Positions 10,604 through 20,630 are shown, counted from the stretch's first letter. The stretch: DNA of 64,000 nucleotides from an uncultured Planctomycetota bacterium (GCA_963719315.1 CAVRBU010000002.1:1952001-2016000); one strand, 5' to 3'. The notes: generated by a model not told the origin, from the letters alone. Made by a program: numbers and translations.

Positions 10604-11993
10604 GATGTTTCTGTCATTGTCCGATTACCTGCGCCGCGTGCAGGGCCTGGTCGGCACCAAAATCGTTTGCAGCGAGGGCGATTGCGGCGCTTGCAGCGTG
10701 CTCATCGGCCGGATAGCCGACGACGGACGTCGGCTGGTCTATCGCCCCATCGATTCGTGCATTCAATTCCTGTTTCAACTCAACGGAACGCACATCGTAA
10801 CCGTCGAGGGCTTGGGCGGCGAAACCGAGCCGAGCGCCGTTCAGCAGGCGATGATCGAGTGCCACGGTTCGCAATGCGGTTTTTGTACGCCCGGTTTTGT
10901 CGTGGCCATGACGGGTTTGCTCGAAGATCGCGACGAATTGGATGAGTCCAGCATGCGCTGCGGACTGACCGGAAATCTGTGTCGCTGCACCGGTTATTCG
11001 CCAATCATTGATGCCGGCCGACATGTCGATGTAGTACAACACCATCGCATCGAACAGCGTTATCCCAGCGCGCCGATGCTGAGCGAATTTGCGCCGCGAC
11101 AAGCACAGCCGATATCAGTTCGAGTTAAGTGGGACGGCCAGGAACATGTTTTCATATCGCCGCCCAATTTGGACGCGGCGCTCGTGATGCTGAAGGAACA
11201 TCCCGACGCTACGATCGTTGCTGGTGCGACCGATATCGGCGTACGAATCAACAAATCGCTCACCGTCCCGCGCAAAATACTCGATCTAAATCGCGTCGCC
11301 GAACTGGAGGGCGTGAGCATCGAGAATGGTGAATTGGTGCTGGGCGCGCGGGCCAGTTGGACGGCAATCGAAGAAATTTGCAAAGCCGCCGCGCCGGAGT
11401 TTCACAAGATCGTGGCTGTTTTTGGCGCTCCGCAGATTCGGCATGTCGGCACGATCGGCGGGAACATCGCCAACGCTTCGCCGATCGCCGATTCGCTGCC
11501 ATTCCTGTACGTCATGGAAGCGATGCTCGAACTCCGCAGCGCTGCCGGCTCGCGCGAGGTGAACATCAACGAGTTTTACGAAGGCTACAAGAAGTTTGAT
11601 CTGCGTCCGGGCGAGTTGATCGCCCACGTGCGAATTCCATTACTCACGAACGACGATCTACTGCGTCTCTACAAAGTATCGCGGCGGCGAGACCTCGACA
11701 TCGCCACATTTACCGCCGCGATTCGCGTGCGGCTGACAGGCGACACAATCGCCGACGCGGCGATCGCGTTCGGGGCCGTCGGTCCCACGGTCCTCCGAGC
11801 CCGCAATACGGAAGCTTTTTTGTGCGGTCGCCCATTCGATGAGGAAACCTTGCGCGAGGCTGGCGACATCGCGGTCGCCGAGATCACGCCAATCAGCGAT
11901 GTCCGCGGTGCGGCCGACTTCCGATTCCAACTGACGCGAAACGTGTTATTGAAGTTCTTCCACGAAACACAAATGGTGGCGGTGCCGGTCTAG
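10545..11993 (+). CDS. xdhA: Xanthine dehydrogenase small subunit (2x[2Fe-2S] + FAD)
   Basis: 'GTK-VCSEGDCGAC', 'SQCGFCTPGF', 'GNLCRCTGY', 'AGATD', 'GTIGGNIANASPIAD'. Confidence 0.92.
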   Translation: MLDHLLIWVNGRRHEVRGREMFLSLSDYLRRVQGLVGTKIVCSEGDCGACSVLIGRIADDGRRLVYRPIDSCIQFLFQLNGTHIVTVEGLGGETEPSAVQQAMIECHGSQCGFCTPGFVVAMTGLLEDRDELDESSMRCGLTGNLCRCTGYSPIIDAGRHVDVVQHHRIEQRYPSAPMLSEFAPRQAQPISVRVKWDGQEHVFISPPNLDAALVMLKEHPDATIVAGATDIGVRINKSLTVPRKILDLNRVAELEGVSIENGELVLGARASWTAIEEICKAAAPEFHKIVAVFGAPQIRHVGTIGGNIANASPIADSLPFLYVMEAMLELRSAAGSREVNINEFYEGYKKFDLRPGELIAHVRIPLLTNDDLLRLYKVSRRRDLDIATFTAAIRVRLTGDTIADAAIAFGAVGPTVLRARNTEAFLCGRPFDEETLREAGDIAVAEITPISDVRGAADFRFQLTRNVLLKFFHETQMVAVPV

Positions 11994-12008
11994 TATGGAG
12001 CAAGTGAT

Positions 12009-14368
12009 ATGCCATCGGTAGGCAAACCAATTCCACACGACGCAGCTCTCGGCCATGTGACGGGCCAAGCTCCTTACATCGATGACCTGCGCCACTTGCA
12101 GGCGAGTTGCACGTGGGTTTCGTGGGCAGTCCGGTCGCGGCGGGACAGTTGATGGGCATCGATTCGAGCGCTGCGCTCGCGGTGCCGGGCGTTGTGGGGT
12201 GTTACACCGCCGAAGACGTGCCGGGCCGCAACATGTTCGGTGTCGTGGTCATGGACGAGCCGTTCCTCGCCAAGTGCGAGCTCCTTTACCTCGGCCAACC
12301 CGTGGCTGTAGTTGCGGCCGAATCTCCAGCCGCACTCGAAATAGCGCGCAAAGTCGTACGCGTCGATTGCCGTGCTGCCGAGCCTCTGCTCGATCTCGGA
12401 GAATCGATCCGGCGGAAGAAGTTCATTGGTCCAATGCGCCGAATTTCCCGCGGCGATGTTGACGAGCAATTGGCCGAGGCCGCGCACCGGTTCGGCGGCA
12501 CATTTACCAGCGGCGGGCAGGAACAGTTCTATCTCGAATCGCAAGCAGCTATCGCCTACCCGGGCGAGCAGGGGCAGATGCTCGTTCATTCCTCGACACA
12601 GAATCCCACCGAAATTCAGGCGCTCGTCGCCGAGATGCTCGGCGTCGGGCAACACGAAGTGGTGTGCGTCTGCAAGCGGATGGGCGGAGCGTTCGGCGGC
12701 AAGGAGTCGCAGGCCGCCATCCCGGCGATGATGGCCGCCCTCGTGGCTCACAAGACCGGCCGGTCTGCGCGCGTCATCTACAACAAAGATGATGACATGC
12801 GCGTCACCGGCAAGCGGCACAAATACCACAGCAAGTGGGAAGTCGGCTTTGGCGATGATGGACGAATTCAAGCGCTCCGCGTGGCCTTCTACTCCAACGG
12901 GGGTATTTCAACCGATCTGTCGCTGGCCGTGATGGAGCGGACATTGCTCCACACCGACAATTGTTACTTCCTGCCAAACGTTGAACTCACCGGCCAGGTC
13001 TGCTTCACGAACCTGCCGTCGAACACAGCCTTTCGTGGCTTCGGCGGCCCGCAGGCAATGGTCGTCATCGAAAATATTTTGGAAGCGATCGCCGAGCACA
13101 CGGGCCTCGACGCCTTCGAAGTGCGGATGCGAAACCTGTACGGCGTCGGTGAGCGAAACGTCACGCCATACGGCCAGTTGTTTGACAAAAATCATTTGCC
13201 CGAGATTTTCGCGACACTTGCAGCTCGTTCGCAATATCGCAAGCGCCGCGATGAAATTAGACTGTTCAATAATCAGTCTCGCACGCACGTTCGCGGTCTG
13301 GCGATGACCGGCGTAAAGTTCGGGATTTCGTTTACGACGAAGTTTCTGAACCAGGGCAATGCGCTCGTCAATATTTACACGGATGGAACGGTCCAGGTTT
13401 CGACCGGAGCGACGGAAATGGGGCAGGGAGTCAACGTAAAAATCCGGCAACTCGTTGCCGACGAATTCGGGATTGATGTCGGTAGCGTAACGCTGATGCC
13501 GACCAGTACGGAGAAAAACATCAACACATCGCCCACGGCGGCCTCGGCCGGCGCCGATCTCAATGGCGCCGCGGCAGTGAAGGCGTGCCGGTCGATCAAG
13601 CGGCGCTTGCGGCGCTTCGCCGCCGGTCGGCTGGCAGACGCCGGCGCTGGCCTCAGCCCGTCGGCCGCACACGTCCAATTTCGCCAGGGTTCAGTCTACG
13701 ACAGCCGCCGTCCCGAGCGGCGAATTGCGTTCGGTCAGCTCTGTGCCGAGGCCCGCCGCGACCGCGTCGATTTGGGCGCGCGCGGCTTTTACGCGACGCC
13801 GGGCGTCGATTTCAATCGAGAAACTGGGCAAGGCTCACCATTCTTTTATTACACGCAAGGCGCCGCCGTGGCGGAGGTGCTCGTTGATCGGTTTACTGGT
13901 GATTTGCGCGTGCCTCGGGTGGATTTGCTGATTGATATTGGCCGCTCAATCAACCCCGGCGTCGATCGCGGGCAGATCATTGGCGGGTTCATTCAGGGCA
14001 TGGGTTGGGTCACGACCGAGGCACTTGTGTACGACGCGCAGGGCGATTTGCTGTCCCACTCGCCGACGACGTACAAGATACCCGCGATTACCGACGTGCC
14101 CGAAGTGTTCAACGTCGCCACGTTCGACAACAACGACAATGTGCGCAATGTGTATCGCAGCAAGGCCGTGGGCGAGCCGCCGCTGATGTTGAGCATCGCC
14201 GTGTGGGCTGCAGCGAAGAATGCGCTCGCGTACGTATCGCTGGCTGCCGCGGCCGAACTGCAATTGCCGGCCACGGGTGAAGAAATGCTGCGGTGCCTGA
14301 CGCAGGCGAATGCAGTACCAAACCAGTCGCTGTTGGCGTCGGTGGTCGCGACGAACATCTCAGAGTAA
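12009..14368 (+). CDS. xdhB: Xanthine dehydrogenase molybdopterin-binding subunit, frameshifted at about 12090
   Basis: ATG 12009 gives 'MPSVGKPIPHDAALGHVTGQAPYIDD', then the frame switches to ORF 12107-14368. Motifs 'RMGGAFGGKESQA', 'AFRGFGGPQ', 'SPTAAS' and catalytic 'GEPPL'. Confidence 0.92.
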
Positions 14369-14427
14369 ACGCCCCAACACCAAATTCGGCCTCGCGGCCG
14401 ACGCCAATTCTCTCCGCTCACAGCCCC

Positions 14428-15237
14428 ATGCCCCCGCCGCACGGATTTGTCGAACGACTTGCCGAATTGTCGCAAACGGGTGTGCCGTTCGTGTGCGTGA
14501 CGTTGGTCGAAGCCATCGGCAGCACGCCGCAAGACGCCGGTAGCAAGATGCTGGTTACGAGCGAGGGCTTGGCAATGGGCACGGTCGGCGGCGGCCGCGT
14601 CGAGCACAAGGCGATTGAACATGCCCGCGGAATGCTTGCCAAACCCGCCGGTCATGCAGCACTCACCGAATTTGTTGAGTGGAATCTAAAGCGCGATGTT
14701 GGCATGACCTGTGGCGGCACCGTCAAGGTTTTTTTCGAAACGTACAATCACAGCGACTGGCGGATCGTGGTGTTCGGGGCTGGCCACGTCGCGAGTGAAG
14801 TCGTCGGTTGCCTCGGCCGGCTTGATTGCCATGTTACGTGCGTTGACCCACGGGCCGAATGGCTCGACCGAATTCCCGCTGCAACCCGGCTACATAAAAT
14901 CTGCTCCGCGGAGCCTCGACAACTCGTCCCGCAATTGCCGGATGATTCGTTCGTCATTTGCATGACCATGGGCCACGCAACGGATCGGCCGATCCTGGAA
15001 GAGATTTTTCGTCTGGGTCGTAAATTCCCTTTCTTGGGCGTGATCGGGAGTAAAGCGAAGCGGGCAGTGCTGCTCAAGGAATTGGCGGCCGCCGGCATAC
15101 CGGCCGACCGGGCCGAGGCGTTTCACTGCCCGATCGGCTTGGAACTCGGCACGAACCAGCCGGGCGAGATCGCGATCAGCGTCGTGGCGCAGCTAATTCA
15201 AGAGCGCGATCGCTGGCGCAGCGCCTTGAAATCGTAG
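14428..15237 (+). CDS. xdhC: Xanthine dehydrogenase accessory (Moco insertion) protein
   Basis: 'GSTPQDAGSKMLV', 'GTVGGG', 'GMTCGG', 'FGAGHV', 'GVIGSKAK', 'CPIG...P-EIAISV'. Follows xdhB. Confidence 0.9.
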   Translation: MPPPHGFVERLAELSQTGVPFVCVTLVEAIGSTPQDAGSKMLVTSEGLAMGTVGGGRVEHKAIEHARGMLAKPAGHAALTEFVEWNLKRDVGMTCGGTVKVFFETYNHSDWRIVVFGAGHVASEVVGCLGRLDCHVTCVDPRAEWLDRIPAATRLHKICSAEPRQLVPQLPDDSFVICMTMGHATDRPILEEIFRLGRKFPFLGVIGSKAKRAVLLKELAAAGIPADRAEAFHCPIGLELGTNQPGEIAISVVAQLIQERDRWRSALKS

Positions 15238-15289
15238 TGCCGCACGCTGGGGGTTCGCCTGCAATTCGACGCCAACCACCCGATGTCGG

Positions 15290-16725
15290 TTAGGCGATAG
15301 CGCGTACTTCAAAGCCTTGGCGATACTCGCGCTTCAAGAAGGCGTTCGCCTTCTGAGCGTTCTCGCCCACGAACTTCTGTTTCTCGGCGTCGAACTCCAG
15401 GACCGGGCCGAGTTGGAATTTCGAGTGCTTGGGATCGACCGAGTTCTTTTTCAAGTGATTCTCAATGAGTTCGACCAGGTTGCCCCAAGGCTCATAGTTC
15501 TTGCGGGCAGCCATCGCTTTTTCGTGATCGTACTCGGTGCCGGCTCGTTGGGCGACGTCGGCCAGGTTGCAATAGGCGGTCGACTGATGGCCGATCTGAA
15601 TTTCGGCATTGAGCATCCTGCGATCGTGGGCGACAACCGCGTCGACGAAATTCCGCTGGTGTCCGGCTCCGGCGTCGCCCTTGAGCTTTCGAATCACTTT
15701 GCCATTGGGGTCGCGGGCCGAACCGCTGCCGCGGCCACCTTCGTAGTACCCGCCTTCGCATTGGACGACATACCCCGTGCCCACATCGTCCACTTTCAGC
15801 CCCTTCGAGTTCGGGCCGTCGGTCAGGTTGCTCAGGCCGAATAAGAGCGGGATCGAGCCGGTGTCGTAGTAAGCGAAGCAAACATTTGGAGTTTCTCCCG
15901 CGTCGTCCCATACAACGCGGCCGCCCGCCGCCGCCATACGCTTGGGGAACGGGCACTGATCGCGAAGCACGACATTCACGGCATCATCGAAGACGTGAAC
16001 GCCCCAATTGCCGAGCTCGCCGTTGCCGGTGTTCCAATCCCAATGCCAGTCGTAATGAAACTTATCGCGGTAGATCGGTTCGTCGTGCGCCGGGCCAAGC
16101 CAGAGGTTGTAATTCACGGTCTTGGGCGGTTCGAGCGGCGTCGATCGCTTGCCGATTGGCTCGCGCGGTCCAAAGCGGCAGACTTCGACGTACTTGATTT
16201 TGCCGAGTTCTTGCTTGTCGTGGAGGAATTCCTTGATTTGCGCCTGCATCGGATCGGACCGTTGCTGCGTGCCGAGTTGCACGATCCGATCGAGCTTGCG
16301 AGCCGCATTCACGACTTGCTGGCCTTCCCAATGATTGTGCGAGAGGGGCTTCTCGACATACACGTCCTTGCCGGCCTGCATGGTCAAAATGGCAGCCAGC
16401 GCGTGCCAGTGATTGCAGGTCGCGATGGCAACGGCGTCGATGTCGCGGTCGTCGAGGAGCTTACGCAGGTCGCCGTACTTTTTGGCGCCAGGGTACATGC
16501 CCGCAGTTTCGTTCAGACGTTGCTCGTCCACGTCGCATAGCGCGGCGATCCGCACATCGGAAAGGGCTTTGAAACTGGGGAGCAGCTCCTTGCTTCGACC
16601 GCCGCAACCGATGAAGCCCACGTTGACCTTTTCGTTCACGCTGCGAGCATGAAGCGGCTTTGCCAGGGGGCCGCGCCGACGGCGGCCGATTGCTGCAAGA
16701 AAAACCGACGATGAATTCGCGCCAT
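15290..16725 (-). CDS. Gfo/Idh/MocA family oxidoreductase with twin-arginine signal, frameshifted in the signal region at about 16670
   Basis: 'IGCGGR', 'GKDVYVEKP', 'GTQQRS', 'NWGVH'. The Tat-like 'MARIHRRFFLQQSAA' begins at 16725 in another frame. Confidence 0.88.
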
Positions 16726-16869
16726 GGAACACCTGCCCGTTGATCTAGAGAATTGTTGCCGCCCTCTCGCGCGGCGCAGAAGACATTCAGAATACCATGC
16801 AATTCGCAGAGAAAACAACCGTCTGGCGACCTGTGGTAGCAGGACTGTAGGGTCGGAATTTTTGTAGCA

Positions 16870-16947
16870 GTAGGTTGGGTCGAGTCTGCGAGACGCACCG
16901 CTTATGCGAGATTCGTGGTGGGTCTCGCGTAGCTCGACCCACCCAAC
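16870..16947. repeat. REP-like inverted pair (GTAG-type)
   Basis: GTAGGTTGGGTCGAGTCTGCGAGACGCACC (16870-16899) pairs with GGTGGGTCTCGCGTAGCTCGACCCACCCAAC (16917-16947). Confidence 0.75.
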
Positions 16948-17268
16948 AATTCGATGCCTGCGGCCCAATGCAACTCGCGGCCTGGCGTCTGGCGACTTTG
17001 GTGCGCCTGTTTAGGAGTCTGATTAGCAAAACGATTTGCGGAATGTCGGAGAATTCCAGTGCGGCCTGGGAGTATTGCGCTCGAGTGCCTTGTGCGCTGG
17101 ATTCACAACCTATTGCGGCCCAACGGGTTGGATTTTGCTCACGACGTGAAAATTTTTTTTCGCGTGCAAAAGTCCTCCTTTTTGCACGGCGGTCGGATGA
17201 CGAACCGCTGGGAATCTAGTGGTTCGGGCGTGCGAGGGACGTGCAATAATGGGCGAGTTTGCTCTCTA

Positions 17269-18446
17269 TACCCTGCGTGGGGATAAATGATCTGTTCCCG
17301 AGTAGCTGATTTGTTGTACAAGGCCCTTATGTCGCCATCGAGGAGGATGGCGTGTTGCTGGCAAGGAGGGCTGTCATGGCTTGGTTTCGAGTCCGATTGA
17401 CGGAAGAGGAACAGCGAATTGTCGCGGCCGAGCGGGAGTCTCATCCGGAGTCGCATGTCCGCCGCAAGATGCTGGTGTTGTGGTCGCTGCAGTGTGGTTT
17501 GAAGCGATCCCAGGCGGCGAAATTGGCGGGGGTCGGAGTGGCGACCGTCGGGCGGTACGTTGCGGCCTATCGTGATGGCGGGTTGGAGGGTCTGCGGCGG
17601 TGGAATGTGCAAGGGCCCGTGAGCGACTTGGCCGCCTATCGCGACGTGATCCGCGCGTCGTTCGAGAACCAGCCGGTCCGCACGACTGCGGAAGCCTGCG
17701 AACGCATTTACCAACTGACCGGCCTGCGGCGGGGACTGTCGCAAACTCGCAAGTTCCTGAAAGACATGGGACTCAAGTGGCAGCGGGTCCGGGCGCTCCC
17801 CGTGCCGCCCAAAAAAACTTGGCCCAGCATGTCGCCGCGCAGGCCCTGTTTCACGACGTCGAACTGAAGCCCCGCCTCGACGCCGCCGCCCGAGGGCGGG
17901 GACACGTCTTCTTCGTCGATGCGGCCCACTTTGTGTACGGGACGTTCCTGTGCTGCTTGTGGTCGTTCACGCGAATCTTCGTGCGGGCCGCCTCGGGCCG
18001 CCAGCGGTTCAATGTCCTGGGAGCCTGGAACGCCGTGACCCGCGAACTGGTAAGCGTGACCAACACCACGGTCGTCAACACGGAAACGATGTGCGAGCTG
18101 TTGCGGAAGATCGCTGCCCTCGGTCTGGCCGGACCGATCACGTTGGTGCTGGACAACCCTCGCTACCAACGTAACGCCGCGGTGCAAGCGTTGGCGACGC
18201 AACTGGAAATCACGCTGCTGTTCCTGCCCTCCTACTCGCCGAACCTGAACCTCATCGAACGGCTTTGGAAGTTCATCAAGCGGCGGGCCATCTATGGGCG
18301 TTACCATCCCGGATTTCAAGAGTTTCAAGCCGCCATCCAAGAAACAATCGCCGACCTCGCAACCCGCCACGCCGAACCCCTCAAATCCCTCATGACGCTC
18401 AACTTTCAGCGATTCGAAGATGTCTCATTGCTGGCCGCGTAGGGTA
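17269..18446 (+). mobile_element. IS630-family insertion sequence
   Basis: Imperfect terminal IRs TACCCTGCGTGG... and ...CCGCGTAGGGTA. Flanking TA duplication at 17267-17268 and 18447-18448. Contains a DDE transposase. Confidence 0.92.
17376..18442 (+). CDS. IS630 transposase in two ORFs (HTH + DDE) joined by a -1 frameshift at an A7 run (17811-17817)
   Basis: AGGAGG before ATG 17376. HTH 'SQAAKLAGVGVATVGRYV'. DDE motifs 'FVDAA', 'LVLDNPRYQ', 'LPSYSPNLNLIERLW'. CCC-AAAAAAA-C at the ORF junction. Confidence 0.9.
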
Positions 18447-18552
18447 TAAATAGCCGTTTTCTGTCCGCTTTCAGCCGTTCGCCAAACGGTTTAAGCCTTG
18501 AAAACGCGATCTATGTCGCGCGCGTTTGGTGTGGCGCGGTTGCTGTCGCCGA

Positions 18553-18645
18553 GGAGACCTGCGGTCGGCAGAGGTGCGGGGTCGGGAGACCCGCGCACAA
18601 CGGGTAGAGAGACCCCCGCACAACGGGTCAGGAGACTCGCACAAC
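18553..18645. repeat. REP-like tandem repeats (GGAGACCCGCGCACAAC-type, three decaying copies)
   Basis: GGGTCGGGAGACCCGCGCACAAC, GGGTAGAGAGACCCCCGCACAAC, GGGTCAGGAGACTCGCACAAC. One related copy lies inverted at about 20322-20342. Confidence 0.75.
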
Positions 18646-18747
18646 GAGCGCGCGGAGCCTGCGCAGCGTGGCCATTGGCGGCGCGCGGTCGGTTCGAGAG
18701 CACGCCGGCCGGCTAATCGCTGACGGCGTATCGCTAATAGCTACTTC

Positions 18748-18830
18748 TCAATTTTCAAGGAACGATCGCCGTCGCAATGCAGCGTGGTGGGACTATAGCA
18801 CAATCGAAAAAGGGATTCCACAATTATTTT
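18748..18830 (-). promoter_or_regulatory. Putative sigma70 promoter (extended -10) with a downstream boxA-like antitermination motif
   Basis: Minus strand: AT-rich AAAAATAATT, weak -35 TGGAAT (18820-18815), 17 nt, TGC-TATAGT (-10 at 18797-18792), then GTTCCTTGAAAATTGA (18763-18748). Confidence 0.5.
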
Positions 18831-18942
18831 TGGCCACCAAACATTAAGTCCACTGCTAAATCGCATAGCAGTTCACTTCCACTTAAACCGCCCTTTTAAA
18901 GTATCGTAACCAGTCGGAGTTATACGAATAGCCATCGGGAAA

Positions 18943-20304
18943 CTAAGATGAATAGCATTCGAGTAACTGAGGCAGGAGTGCACGAATAGCCCGCTGGCAG
19001 TCCCTTGCGGCGCCTACGTCGATGAGATCGGGATGGGCGGATCGATTGCGATAGTCAGTGACAACCTTTTCTAAGTGAGCGACAAACTCCCTTGATGTGG
19101 GAGTCTGTCCGAGCGCCGAGGTCACAAAATCCGAAAAATCCGACAATAGTGGACTTGATGCCATCGTATTGCCGCCTGGTCGTAACATCCCCAATATGCG
19201 CGCCATCGTTCCTAGTGTGTGGTCGCGATTGTCTCGTTGTATCGCTCGCGCGAATGGTCTCACGTTGTCTCGATCCAAATCTGATGCGAGGAATTTATCC
19301 ACACCGGCAATACGACTATGAAAATCATCGTGATAAGGAATGAAAATACGTTGCAGCAGTTCGTTTTCCAATGCGCGACAATACTGGAGTACGAAGGGTG
19401 ACAGATCACTTGATCCGGATTCAGTCAGCACATCGAAAAGGTGCTCAGCGGATGCTAGATATATTTGTGAGTTTGCTTGAAGACGATCCCAATCCTCCAG
19501 CCAATTCCGAACAATGCTCACGTAGTGACGATGGCTGTCATTGGCACCAAACTGTGCAGCAACCTTCTCCAAAGATGCCTGCATGCGTGCGATTTTCTCT
19601 TCGATGTTTCGGGAAGAGTTTTGTGCCGATGAGAAATCATTTCTGATCGACTGGACAACTTGATCAATCGATTGCACAACTTGATGAACTTGTTCGACAG
19701 AACTACTCAGGTCGGAGAGCCGTTCGTTTGCAGCGGCAAACTGTGCCTCGATAAATGTTTGGGTTTGCCGCCATAGCTGCTCGGCCTCGAACGCCCGAGT
19801 ACGGGCATCAGCGTGACGCGCTTGTTCCTGTTCAAGTCGGTGCCGAAGCTGCAAGGACTCCAGGCGAGCGGCCGAAAGTTCGGCGCTAAGCCGTTCGACT
19901 TCTTCTCGGCTGGCAGTTGCCAGGTTTTGAGGAGAGAGTAGCTCTGGCTGAGTGAGCGGAATAATCGGTATCCGAAATTGTCTCAATTGGTCGGCCGATA
20001 TTCGCGTGTTTCGCCCAAGCCTGCTACCCTTCATGTCGACTTGTGCGGCGAAGAGCGACCGTCCGTCGTCTGTTGCGAGATATGCCGCCAGATAATCGTT
20101 TTGGGTTCCACGGATTACTAGCACAGATTTGCCCGCAATGGCCGGAGGATCCGAATCACGATAGACGTGCACGCGCGGTTGAACGGTGCTTGCAATGATA
20201 TCACCAGGACGCAATAAATGTTGGATGAAACGTGGATCGTCGGGGACGCGTACAAATTCGGTGGCCGCGTCATTGTTCGATATTCCTCGTATTAGCCATT
20301 TCTG
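18943..20304 (-). pseudogene. Apparently 5'-truncated protein: type I R-M specificity (TRD)-like domain, coiled coil and C-terminal HEPN-like domain
   Basis: Frame is open from 20304 with no good start before TTG 20214. 'LRPGDII...VLVIR...DYLAAYL...IS..QL..FRIPIIP' is HsdS-like. 'SPFVLQYCRALENEL' and 'YRNRSAHP' (RxxxxH) are HEPN-like. AT-richer than neighbouring genes. Confidence 0.6.
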
Positions 20305-20630
20305 TTAGCTATCAGCCAGAGGTTGCGCGCGGTCTCCCGCCCGCTCGCGCCTTTTTGCACTAAGCTGGCCGAAGGGCCGGAACAGCGTAATACGCCGCGA
20401 AAATCGCGTCGTGTTAAGGGTTCGACGGTTGTGGCGAACCGCTAAATCCTGCCAGATTTCGGCTTCTTAGAGAGCAAACTCGCGTAGTATTGCACGTTCC
20501 ACGCAAGTCCAAACCACTGGATTTCCAGCGGTTGGTTGCCCGAGCGCCGCGCAAAAAGGAGGAGTTTTGCACGCGAAAAAAATTTTCCAAGCGTGCGCAC
20601 AATCGGACTCCCTTGCCTCTCAACGAATTG
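20290..20630. repeat. Right copy of the long non-coding inverted-repeat element
   Basis: Reverse complement of the left copy. Contains palindromes at 20471-20496, 20511-20534, 20548-20573 and 20606-20630. Confidence 0.85.

Larger units (their letters stand above)
17106..18745. repeat. Left copy of a long non-coding inverted-repeat element, split by IS630 (17106-17268 plus 18449-~18745)
   Basis: Reverse-complement match to 20290-20630. A hand alignment of the 115-nt core gives 98 identities. Homology resumes right after the IS (AATAGCCG...TTCGCCA...ACGCGAT). Confidence 0.85.

Noticed and set aside
12009..12110. Programmed frameshift or recoding in xdhB (and in cdsA, the HD gene and DUF47)
   Set aside because: No slippery heptamer at these sites, and similar breaks are scattered through unrelated genes. 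Assembly indels are more parsimonious.
17059..17286. Similar short peptides encoded by the two repeat copies (17059-17286 vs 20414-20740; end of 17139-17744 vs 20490-20735)
   Set aside because: Similarity appears in frames on both strands. In the frame checked, mismatches fall 7/4/6 on codon positions 1/2/3, so conservation is at DNA level, not protein level.
18553..18645. Possible CRISPR array
   Set aside because: Three adjacent decaying units of about 22 nt with no unique spacers and no cas genes. Fits REP-type repeats.
17106..20630. Composite transposon made by IS630
   Set aside because: Only one IS copy is present, and it interrupts one of the long repeats rather than forming its end.
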